From Octopus bimaculoides (lineage: Eukaryota), in contig NC_068983.1 in the NCBI RefSeq assembly GCF_001194135.2, positions 116,782,369-116,816,609 of the forward strand: a stretch of 34,241 nucleotides of DNA, written 5' to 3'. The notes beneath the pieces were generated by a model that was not told the origin of the DNA, did no database searches, and saw only the letters and a list, made by a program, of their open reading frames with translations. Below, piece by piece: positions 24,691-34,241 of this stretch. Positions within the stretch are counted from its first letter, which is position 1, and the number at the start of each line of letters is the position of its first letter. Both the position numbers and the translations under genes were made by a program.

Positions 24691-24893
24691 GTTGTAAATT
24701 ACAGCTATATTTATTGGTTGAACACATGGCTTCTTTTAGACCCTTGGTGGCTCTGCTGTGATTGGTCATATGATTGCATCCCTATTTTGAATTCGCCTTG
24801 GAATTTCCGAACTTTAGCAGCCCTATCGTTCTGGATCCTAATAGTTATGATGAGTTACAGAATTCTCCTCTTTCGAAACACGTCAATGGCACG
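24691..24893 (+). CDS. TMTC4: Internal coding exon of a TMTC4-like protein O-mannosyltransferase (DUF1736 region); phase 0 start, phase 2 end
   Basis: Acceptor ttattttcag ends at 24690 and donor gtatga starts at 24894. Translation VVNYSYIYWLNTWLLLDPWWLCCDWSYDCIPILNSPWNFRTLAALSFWILIVMMSYRILLFRNTSMAR aligns with the TMTC4 segment as I recall it (AVNYNYYYSLNAWLLLCPWWLCFDWSMGCIPLIKSISDWRVIALAALW). PWWLC favours TMTC4 over TMTC1-3. No other exon recognised in the window. Confidence 0.9.
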
Positions 24894-24974
24894 GTATGAT
24901 ATACGTCTTTTGCAAATTTCATTTTGAAATAAGTTCTTAAAACAGTTAGCTAAATCATCTTGCGATGTTTTGTT

Positions 24975-25285
24975 AGACTCTTTTACGTTCTTAGTTCAAA
25001 TCTCACAGCGGTCAGCTTTGCCATTCACAATTTCCTCGTATCTAAAAGAATTTGATCCTCTTATTCTTTGTCAGAAATCATCATTCAGCTGATTCATTTT
25101 ACTTATTTATTTAGCTTAGAATAACTTTCAATAAGTGTCAATAAGGTAAAAGAGGTACAGAAGTGCTAAGGTCCGATGATATGCCTTGTGGGTCCTTTAT
25201 GTTCCGAGTTCAAATCTTGATGCGGTCAACTTTATCTTTTATCCTTCCAGAGTCAAGTACTCACGTTGATTTAATCGACTATGAC
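24975..25285 (+). mobile_element. Two degraded SINE family A fragments (about 24975-25025 and 25195-25285)
   Basis: ttttacgttcttagttcaaatc...ggtcagctttgcc and tatgttccgagttcaaatc...ggtcaactttatcttttatcc. Confidence 0.6.
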
Positions 25286-25566
25286 TCTGCACCAATAAGC
25301 AATGGGTTATCAAGATACGTAGAGCCGTAATTCCGAATTTTCTGCCAACAGTTAAATTGATACACCTGCTGGAATCCGTTGTAGTCCCAAAACTATCTTC
25401 CTATTAAGTAATACTCCTTTATTACTACAAACAAACAGACATGCATTAAATCACGTATCATCACACCAGTGTTACTAGAAAAGCGGGCATTATTAAAAAA
25501 CGGATGAATAAAAATAAAATAATGGAGTGCACAAGGGATACCTTAATGATAAGGATGATACACATA

Positions 25567-25786
25567 AATATTGGTTTCAAATTATGGCACAACGCTAGAA
25601 ATTTTGAGGGAGGGGTTAAACAGATTTCATTAACGCCAGTGCTCAGCTGGTACTTATTTTATCGATACAAAAGGATGACAGGTAAAGTCGATCTTGGCAG
25701 AATTTGAATTTAGAACGTAAAGATGGGAGAAATGCCACTAAGCATTTTGCCCGGTGTGCAAACGGTTCTGCCAGCTCCCCGCCTTA
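25567..25786 (-). mobile_element. SINE family A, full length
   Basis: aatattggtttcaaattatggcac...ggttctgccagctccccgcctta. Confidence 0.88.
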
Positions 25787-26488
25787 ATACACATAAATAA
25801 GTTTGGAACATATGTTTGAAAATTAAAGTTTTTATATTCAATGCTCAAGCTTATATGTTGTATATATTTGAATCGAATTGTACATAGGCATAACAATTTT
25901 AATTTTAAAAAATGTTCCAGACTTTTGGCTACAACTGTATATTAACAGTCCTATTTCATATGTGCATTAAATATATACAGTTATTATACACAGTTACTTC
26001 AAAATATCCGACAACTTAGAAACAGCAATGACAATTTCATCAAAAACTGAACCAAAAACTAAGATATCTCTCTGACTTTTCTCAAGTGAAAATTTTATTC
26101 CATAAAAGTGAGGATGTAGTCGATAAAACCACGCTTGTTTTATGCGTTGAATATTCATTGTAACAACCCCGGACATATTTCAACAAAACGCAGTTGATTG
26201 ACAAAACTAAAGACAAGTACTAAATATTGGAAATAATCTAGTAGACACCCACTTATTTTTGCACCGCTGTCCAATGTACGTTAATATAGATTTCTAACGG
26301 CAAAATAAAGCCATTGATAGATACCCAGATATCTATCAAATACTGTAATATTGATTTCTATTTAACATAACGAGTACATTTGGCTGATGGAAATAAGTAC
26401 GTAATAAGTACTAATTCAATCGACCTCGGCAGGTCAGAAGGCAAAACTGACATCAAAACTTGCTATCAATGTATTAAGGGTGGTTGTT

Positions 26489-26938
26489 AATATGAAATTC
26501 AAGTTTTGGCATAAGCCAGCAAGTTCGGGGAGTGGGTAAGCCGATTACATCAATCTCAGTACTCAAGTGGTACTTATTTTGTCGACTCTTAAAAAATGAA
26601 AGGCAAAGTCGACCTCGGTGAAACTTGAACTCAGAATGTGAAGACGGATGCGATGCCGCAAAGCATTTCGCCTGGCGTGCTAAAGATTTTGAAAACACGC
26701 TGCCTTCAGTAGTCGTTGAATATTAATTTCAAATTTTGGCACAAAGTCAACAATTTCTGTAGAGGATGTAATTCGGTTACATCGACCCTGGTACTCGACT
26801 GATACTTATTTTATCAACTCCGAAAGAATGAAAGGCAAAGGCGACTACGGCGGAATTTGAACGCAGAACATGAAGTCAGACGAAATGCCGCTAAGCATTT
26901 CGCCTGGTGTGCTATCGATTTTGACAGCCCGCCGCCTT
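26489..26938 (-). mobile_element. Tandem pair of SINE family A copies (26489-26706, 26719-26938)
   Basis: Both are full-length reverse-complement copies; a further fragment lies at about 26400-26460. Confidence 0.88.
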
Positions 26939-27490
26939 CAATAGTCGACAACATAATTAGGCGATCGTATTATACCTGGTATTTAACAAACATCCAACGT
27001 CTCTTGGTCTTTCAAGGTATAAAATTTATTCCACAACTTGAAATATCTGCATCACTGTTTGATGATCAGACCATAACTAGATTTCTTTTATTTTATAGTT
27101 TCACTATCTGCTTTTTCCAGCTGTGCAATGCAATTTAAATTCATCTTAGTACTGCATCGACAACGTATCACTTTTATATTATTCCATCTCTATGCTTCTA
27201 GTTGGCTATAAACATATCTGTATAGAGTATACAAACATTTCCTCTATATTGCTAGATTTTTTGATTATCTGACAGCGTACTTTTCAAATCCCAACAATTA
27301 GACTAATTTCATCTACATTATTGTTCAACAAAGTAATAAATTGATAAGTATTTCATCGGGCAAGGAACATTCTAATTTCCGTTAGGATATAAGCCTATTG
27401 AAAGGCCATTGTCATCGTCGTCCTTGTCGTCGTTATCATCTTAACAGGTATTTAAAATTTCTGCTATTAGAACAAGTAATCAAAGAACAT

Positions 27491-28030
27491 GATATACATA
27501 TGAGGATATTATTGTTTATAATAGTATCAGTGGCTTAGCATGCGTAAAAAAAACTCATAAATGTAAAAAATATCAATAAATAATTGCAGGTACTAACTGG
27601 CAGGACCGGCATGCTAACGTTTTCACTTATTAAACACAGAGATGAAAGCGGGCAAATGAACAACTGATCTAAGACCCCGTACTAATGACGAAAATGATCG
27701 AAAATTGAAAAGGTCAGGCATACCCGTATCACCGTGATTTCGAACTTAGAGAAATACCTCTACTTCATACTCAGCGAATCTTACCGACCCCAGGATTGTA
27801 GAGTTTGATCATGTCAACCAATGTGTGCAGTGACCGTTTTTAATGCCGCAGCAAATTTTAAAAAGGGATCGAAGTGAATAAAAATTATATAAAGATATAT
27901 GAGGATATCATTATTTATGATAATATCAGTGGCTTAGCATGCGCAAAAAAGCCATAAAGGTAAAAATTATCAATAAATAGTTAAGATTACAAGCAGACAG
28001 TACCGGCATGCTAACATAGCAGTCAAAATT
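27491..28030 (-). repeat. Two inverted partial copies of the PLE terminal repeat
   Basis: 27491-27620 and 27894-28016 are direct repeats of each other. About 27605-27865 is the reverse complement of about 28037-28312 (roughly 70-80% by eye). 28003-28029 CCGGCATGCTAACATAGCAGTCAAAAT is the exact reverse complement of the segment near 28285-28311. Confidence 0.85.
27712..27789 (-). ncRNA. Degenerate type-I hammerhead ribozyme, inverted copy (core CUGAGUA)
   Basis: Minus strand: GGTCGG-TAAG-ATTCG-CTGAGTA-T-GAAGTAGAG-GTATTT-CTCTAAGTTC-GAA-ATCAC-G-GTGAT-A-CGGGT-ATGC-CTGACC. GAAA is intact, helix II has TAGAG/CTCTA, helix I has ATTCG/CGGGT and GGTCGG/CTGACC. Confidence 0.65.
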
Positions 28031-28103
28031 ATTAAAGCTTTGTAAATTTGTTGCGACAGTAAAAGCAGTCATTTGCTGAGATTAACAAACTCTACAACCC
28101 TGG

Positions 28104-28181
28104 AGTCAGTAAGAATCACTGAGGATTAACAAAGGGTATTTCTCAAAGTTCGACATAACGGTTATACGGGTATGTCTGACT
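28104..28181 (+). ncRNA. Degenerate type-I hammerhead ribozyme in PLE terminal repeat (core GAA to GAC)
   Basis: AGTCAG-TAAG-AATCA-CTGAGGA-T-TAACAAAGG-GTATTT-CTCAAAGTTC-GAC-ATAAC-G-GTTAT-A-CGGGT-ATGT-CTGACT. CUGANGA at 28119-28125, palindromic helix III at 28155-28165, NUH = AUA (H17 at 28166), distal helix I AGTCAG/CTGACT. Confidence 0.65.
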
Positions 28182-28329
28182 TTTTCAATTTTCAATTATT
28201 TTCGTCATTGATACAGGGTCTTAGGTTTTTTGTTCATTTGCCCACTTTCACATTTGTGGTTAATTGAAAACTTGTGGTTTAGTCATTTTGACTGCTATGT
28301 TAGCATGCCGGAACTACCTGTTAATAGCC

Positions 28330-28336
<7 letters not shown>

Positions 28337-28390
<54 letters not shown>
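28337..28390. repeat. (TA)n between the PLE terminal repeat and ORF
   Basis: Direct reading. Confidence 0.97.
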
Positions 28391-28393
<3 letters not shown>

Positions 28394-29632
28394 GGCAATC
28401 ACTAAGAACTTCGTTAAGAATATTTCATTTAGATTGTCTAAGTTATCTGCTAATGTTGACATTTTCAATGACAAGGGTGAATTTTATAACTCTGCCTTAC
28501 TTAAAGCAGGCTATAGAGAAAAAGTTACCTACATTAATTCTATTAAGTCTTATTCTACCTTTAGTAATGGAGACATGAAATCTAGTTGTAATGATATGAA
28601 CGATTTCAATTTTAATTTATACGCCAACACCAAACATAGGAACATTTTTACGACGTAAGGGAGATAACCGTTATTTAAACCCCTTTTTTCATTCTAAAGG
28701 TAAATCGATGTTGTTTAAAGATAGTTACACTAAAAATAAGGCAACTAATAGTAAAACTATTTGGTTGATTATTCCTTATGGGAGGCAAATTAAATCTAAT
28801 CTTCTTTTACAGTTTCGTGAAGCTATTATTAGGAATTTTCCAAAGAATTCTATGTATTATTCGATTATCAAGTCGCACACGGTTAGGATTGTTTTCTCGA
28901 ACACAAAAAATCTCTCAGAAACTATCTCCTCACATAATATTAGTCTGTTAAATAACAATCCAATTACTAATGCTAATATTAATTTAGCTAATACTAACCA
29001 TCCTCCTAGAAATATTAACAACAAAGTTATTGTCACTGAAATCAATTCCAACAGAATTAAGTTTATGTCTAGTAATTCTAAGATTAAAAACTCTATATAC
29101 CAGTGTAAGTATGTTAATTGTTACCAGGGTAGCAAAAATCACACAAAAAATGGGATATCATACCCGGTTAATAGGTAGAAATACCATGTTAATGTGATAT
29201 ATTTTGAGTAGATATGAAGAATATTAATAAATGGAGCAAAACGTGTATGATCAATAAGTTCCTTTAGTTCCTACATATGTTTCAAAATATATGTGCACTC
29301 TACTCCAAAGAAGTAAGAGGTGCTGGAATTACACATATATTCATCGTCAGGGAACCAACATACAAAAGCAAGACATGCGCTACATGCAAAGGTTGCGCAC
29401 GAGTTATAACATTATATAGCTCCAACATTACTGCAGTAATATAGGCAAGAAGTGTCTCGAAACATTTTTATTCGTGGGACACGTCGATCTCCGAGGTTTT
29501 CCAAATCTTTACTACGGAATATTTTGAACAGCTCATCTGCTCAAGTAAGAGTTGCGGATAAATTTCCTCTGTTCAAGCCTATATCGGCACCATTCGTTAT
29601 TTCTAATAACGTTAAATCTTAAAATATATACA

Positions 29633-29658
29633 GGCGCAGGAGTGGCTGTGTGGTAAGA
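29633..29658 (+). mobile_element. SINE family B 5' stub abutting the mariner
   Basis: GGCGCAGGAGTGGCTGTGTGGTAAGA matches the head at 16831. Confidence 0.7.
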
Positions 29659-30383
29659 TGGGTGCGATAACACTTTGAGTACACCTTGTTAAACACTGTT
29701 TGTTACAGCTAACTAGTTTGTAGAATGCAATCTGGACATGAAGATAATTTGGAAGCTCGTTATGTAAAAGAAGTTTTGTTAAACTGGGTAAAAATGCTAC
29801 AGACTTATGAATTAACGTGCATGAGCTGATCATTTATTTTCGCTGATAAAGTGGTGAAGCAAAGCAAGTACACCAGCGACTCATGATGACCTCCTTTTAC
29901 GACAGCAAGAAAATAATCTACATCCACTGGCTTCCCTCCGACTAGACGGTTAACAAGGAGCACTTTGTGTGGGTTTTGTGAAGGCTTTGAAGGCATTCAC
30001 GAAGTGATTTCGTTGCAAAAGGACAGAACACAGTGTACTTGCATCAAGATAATGTATCAGTCAGTTCCATACTGGTAACAGACTAGTTGACAGAGACGAA
30101 CACCAAAATTGTTCCTCATCTTCTCTGCAGTTTAGACCTTGCTCTTTTCTAATTTTTGGTCGTAATTCAAACTGAAGTGGAAAATGAAGTAGACTGTGAC
30201 AAGTGTCCTGGCCATCTTCAGTTTGGTGGCCTCTCATGGGACCTTCACAAAATGGTTGGAGCGCTAAAACAAGTTCATTGAAGCCAGAGGATCCTAGTTT
30301 GAAAGACATTAGAGTTTGCACTTCTTTGATATTAAAAAATATCGCACTTGAAAAACCTCAAAACTTTTGGAATGCACCTTATA
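29659..30383 (+). mobile_element. Internally deleted mariner relic
   Basis: N-terminal EDNLEARY-like start, then MTSFYDSKKIIYIHWLPSD*TVNKEHF..VL*RL, YLHQDN, CSLDLAL (YSPDLAP-like), KWLER*NKFIEARG. Right end aaacttttggaatgcaccttata is TIR-like. Confidence 0.8.
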
Positions 30384-32644
30384 CATATACATTCAATAAT
30401 AAATGTTATTCGCAATAAGATTTCTCAATATGATTATTAATTTCATAAGTTTGCTATTTTTGTAGAATAGTTTGTATTGGTTTTACGCATGACCAAAAGC
30501 ATATTTCGATTTTTTTCAGTTTGTAACTGAAGCGTTACAGAAAATGAATATTACAACGCCCCATTCTGTAGAATATTGTCTGTTATATGCAATAAGAAAG
30601 AATTCATTTGCATAATACTAACTTTTTATTATTCGGTCTTCACAAAATATGTTTATGATATATCAGTGTGACTTTAGTATCCCTACTCAAACTATAATCA
30701 CTAAACTAGTTACACTTTAATAGAACACTCGTTCATTTAACTGTTTTCATTTTTATCATCCTACAATATCTACTTCGGTTTATTAACAAGGGATCTTCTC
30801 TGCAGACACACAAATAGTTGGATATGGCACCTTAACTTCGCGGCATAAAGTCTTTTTTAAATATTAGGAAGACTACTTTGGATAAAATAGTTATTTATAT
30901 TGGAACAAATCGAATATTCGTGGCTGGAATGCCTTTGATTACAGATCTGCTTACAAGACTGATCTAGGACTTAACAATAACAGCAATATCTAAGTTTGCT
31001 CTGTCTGGATGAGAATAACAGTACACATTGCTTTGATTGGTTATTTTCTCACCATATGATTGACTCGGTCAACAGCAACTGTATTTAGGTTTTATATACG
31101 TTATGTATAACAATATCCTTTTATATATTGATGCGCCTGGCAAACATCGATTTAATTTAATCAGTCATCATTGATTCGATTATATAAATAGCAATTATAG
31201 AGTGGGGCGGTTCAGTTCACCTTAGAACAATATCTGTGTGCATATTGAAAAGAAATTTATAATAAATACTAAGTATTAGACTGCAATGCTGAAGCTGTAC
31301 TGATTGTATAATATTAGCATCCAGAGAGAAAATATAGCATCTCAACAATAGGGGTTAAGACATACATCCAATGTGCTTTAGATATTTCGAAACACACACT
31401 TTAAAAAATAAAATTTAAGAAATAAGATTTAATCTAATTTAAAATACTAAGTTTCAATATATTGAATTGACATGCCATGATGTCAAATTCACTTTCATTC
31501 CCATGAAATTTAATAGTAAAAGTACTCTAGAATATATTCAAAATCTTGATCACAATTTTCATTAATACTTATGCTCGCTATTTTTCGTTAGTCTTGATGT
31601 GGTGCAAATTATACATCGTGTTATCTCATGTGAATTAGTGAAGACATATGGTAATGGTTTATTTTGATGAGACACAATGTTATTGTTTGCAAGAAAGATT
31701 AATATTATCAATTGAACTAACCTTAATATATTTCGATTCATAATTTTTCAACACTAAAAGAGAAGCTCTTTCCAGAACGCCGAGCGAATCCATTGATTGT
31801 TTACACAGTCCTATCTTAATTCTACTGAAATCAATTTATCTTGTCTCCACTCACTGACATGCTTACTAGACCAGATACATAAATGTTTTTTCCCCACTGA
31901 CACAAAATCGCAATTGCTCTTTGAAACTGGAATGCTTAGTACTGTTTTCAATAATCCCTCGATCCACATGCTCGTGTATTCTCTGTATCCATACTATAAT
32001 TCATTGCAAATATAGTGCGTTATGCACTTTGCTTAATTGTTTTTCTCCATCATTGCAATTTGCTGAAAATACTCCCTGCACGAATCTGTGTTAGAGCCTT
32101 TTTCGTTCGTTCTGTGTGCACGGGTATATATGTTTGTTATAAAATTATGCTGAGAGATCGACAGACAAGAAGAAAGAACGAAAACAGGAAGAGTGTCAAG
32201 AAGGTAGACAAGTTGTGACGCTTATTTCAAATGAAAATTTTTGCTCTGATATATTGTGAAAAGTATTATTATTACAGAAAAAGAGCAAACAACTGTGTAA
32301 ATGTGTCCTATAAAAAAGATAATAGATATGCAAAACATAAAATGATTTACAATTTTCTCTCTTCCTGTAAAATAAGTTAAAATTGATTTTAAATTCACTT
32401 AAGACATGCGTAAAAAAATTTGCTAATTGAATAATCAAAACAAGAACAAAATGAGTGTAAAATAATAAAAAAAAAATTATGAATATTATTTCAGACGTAG
32501 AAACTTAGTGTGCTAAATATTTAGATTAACACGTTGTTGTAATACACTGCAATTCACGAGGAGAATTTACATTATCGTTAAGTGATAAGTGTTTCAAAAA
32601 ATTAAATTATAAATGTTTTTTTACAGTAACAAATGATTAAGTGT

Positions 32645-32735
32645 CACGCACACACGCACACACATACACACGCACACACACACACATGCACACACACATA
32701 CACACACACTCTTTCTTTCTCTCTCTCTCTTTCTG
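32645..32735. repeat. (CA)n + (CT)n
   Basis: Direct reading. Confidence 0.95.
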
Positions 32736-33189
32736 TCTTTAACCCTTCCATTTATGTATGGTGAAAGATAAATAGGTATGCACTTGATTTCGAGTTCAAC
32801 GAGAGACGATATATAAATTATTGCAGATATACAATACCAGATATACAAATTATTGCAGAGCAAATATTTATATTTAAAGAAATAAGTATGTTTCCGCTCT
32901 GTTATAGGTTTCTTCAGAAACTAACATTTTCAAGCTTTCACCGGGTTCTTCAAAACACTCGAAGTAAATGTGAATACAATTCAGAGTTGAGAAAGGGAGA
33001 AAGAACAAATAAATTTTGAGCCGAGAATGGTATTAACTGAACCGTGTTACATTTCTTTTAACGCATATAAGAAAGTCTATTAAAAATTCATTACTCGTTA
33101 TGACTCCATCTTGGCGTTTTTTAGAGGGTAATATGTAGCAAAGAGTAACGATGTTCTCATGGAGAACCTGAATGTCGATGCAAATCAAC

Positions 33190-33720
33190 TGGTTGATTTC
33201 TTCCGGAGGACCTTCGTGCTATGGATAATTTCCAGAAATACCTGACCTAATAATGCCACCAAGAGTCATTGCCAGCTTGCTATAAGTTCTAAATGCCGTT
33301 AGCCTGTGCTGGCCGACATGTGCACAGAGCAACAAAACTATTTTGTACGCTTTCGTCTGTTGCCCGAGCATCTTTACTTGTGTCCAGCACCTGCTGTCAT
33401 GTGTAGCATGGATCCTGCCTTCAACTGATACCATTGTAAAGATCGTCCTGATAGGATTGTATTATAGAAAGGTTTAAATATAGATACATCCCATCTTGGC
33501 CAAGGCTTGATGAACTTCTTTAAATTTCCCTCGAAAACTAAACTGAGGCTGGTGATGGAAGTGCTGCTCACCAGCAAATATATTTATACAGGAATGAAAG
33601 TGGTAAGGACAGTCCGACTGCGTGAGTCTACTCTGTACATGCACTTGTACATTGAGCGGGGCACCCACCTTAGTTATCAGGGTGACCGTGATTTTATGTG
33701 GTTCCAAGTGTATCCCTTAA
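33190..33720 (-). mobile_element. Decayed pogo/Tigger-like DDE transposase fragment
   Basis: Minus strand WDVSIFKPFYN (33468-33493; QPLDVSVFKPFK-like) and AMTLGGIIRSGISGNYP (AMTPxNIxSGF..GIxP-like); frameshifted. Confidence 0.5.
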
Positions 33721-33845
33721 AGTTCTCGCCGTTTTAGCAAACTATTTTTTATTTGAAGTTTTATATTTGTTTTCTACAGTTTACACCCTTTTATACAACA
33801 ATATATTGTAACTTTCGTTTTCCATCCACGACCTTTTTTGGATAC

Positions 33846-34241
33846 TTAGTTGTTGTTATTATTATTATTTTATGTTTGACTTTTGTTTTGCATTCGTACA
33901 AGTTGGATCCAAGTCTCACGCAGAGACCTCAAGAGACAACAAGTTAGAAGTTCATGTAGGTGTTATGCCTAGGGTACCATATATTTGGATTTGTACAGTT
34001 TTGTTCAAGTGAATGTTTAAGAAACCATAAGAAAATTGTGTTTGCTTTAAAATTTGAGATCACATAGACAGTATTTTACGTAGGATATGGGCAGTTCCCA
34101 TGAGCACTATCTTTTGAACTTCAGCCATTTTGGGGTTTCCTGGTATCTGAGCTAGGTAGTAATCAACCCGTTTCGCTGTCATTCCCAGGGCACCTATGAC
34201 AATAGGTATTGTTTTCGTCTTCAGATTCCACATTTTGCTAA
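33846..34241 (-). mobile_element. 3' end of another R4/Dong-clade LINE, running off the window
   Basis: Minus strand SKMWNLKTKTIPIVIGALGM...IPGNPKMAEVQKIVLMGTAHILRKILSM* (stop 34060-34062), homologous to the C-terminus of the 12444-14925 element; 3'UTR ends in (TAA)4(CAA)3. Confidence 0.88.

Larger units (their letters stand above)
28037..29180 (+). mobile_element. Penelope-like retroelement (Neptune-type) relic: terminal repeat, (TA)n, RT C-terminus/linker, start of GIY-YIG endonuclease
   Basis: ORF 28392-28658 (KNISFRLSKLSANVDIFNDKGEFYNSALLKAGY) and ORF 28708-29178 (IWLIIPYGRQIKSNLLLQFREAIIRNFPKNSMYYSIIKSHTVRIVFSNTKNLSETISSHN ... KNSIYQC) match the Neptune-type pattern I recall (RRLSxLSSNEExF...ALKxSGY; IIWFNPPYS...HFP...TVKVSYSCMPN...IISSHN; IIYQ). 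Confidence 0.8.

Noticed and set aside
26945-27420. Minus-strand protein-like stretch next to the PLE repeats
   Set aside because: No recognisable motif and many stops.
29430-29480. Possible hammerhead remnant (cgaaac) downstream of the PLE ORF
   Set aside because: No CUGANGA and no similarity to the upstream terminal repeat.
32895-32975. Minus-strand CTGAAGA...GAAAC and TTGAAGA...GAAAGC hammerhead-like fragments
   Set aside because: Helix II closure and helix I/III pairing could not be established; an Infernal search would be needed.

Overview
AT-rich eukaryotic (animal) genomic DNA, dominated by microsatellites and transposable elements. The SINE families resemble those I know from octopus, so the cephalopod assignment is an inference. 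I can support only one host coding exon: 24691-24893 (+), a TMTC4-like O-mannosyltransferase exon (DUF1736 region). The rest is probably intron of that gene. It holds about 15 copies of one tRNA-derived SINE, two other SINE families, three R4/Dong-type RLE LINEs (all on -), a 5'-inverted RTE LINE nested in the oldest of them, two mariner relics, a pogo-like relic, a non-autonomous Helitron, and a Neptune-type Penelope-like element (PLE). The most interesting signal is a compound inverted/direct repeat at 27491-28335, just upstream of the PLE ORF. It holds two oppositely oriented, covarying type-I hammerhead ribozyme motifs, each with one different core mutation. Also notable are a 164-bp locally templated insertion inside a long-TIR mariner and codons in the TMTC4 exon that A-to-I editing would revert to the vertebrate residue. 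Most ORFs in the supplied track are spurious. Protein comparisons are from memory, not database searches.
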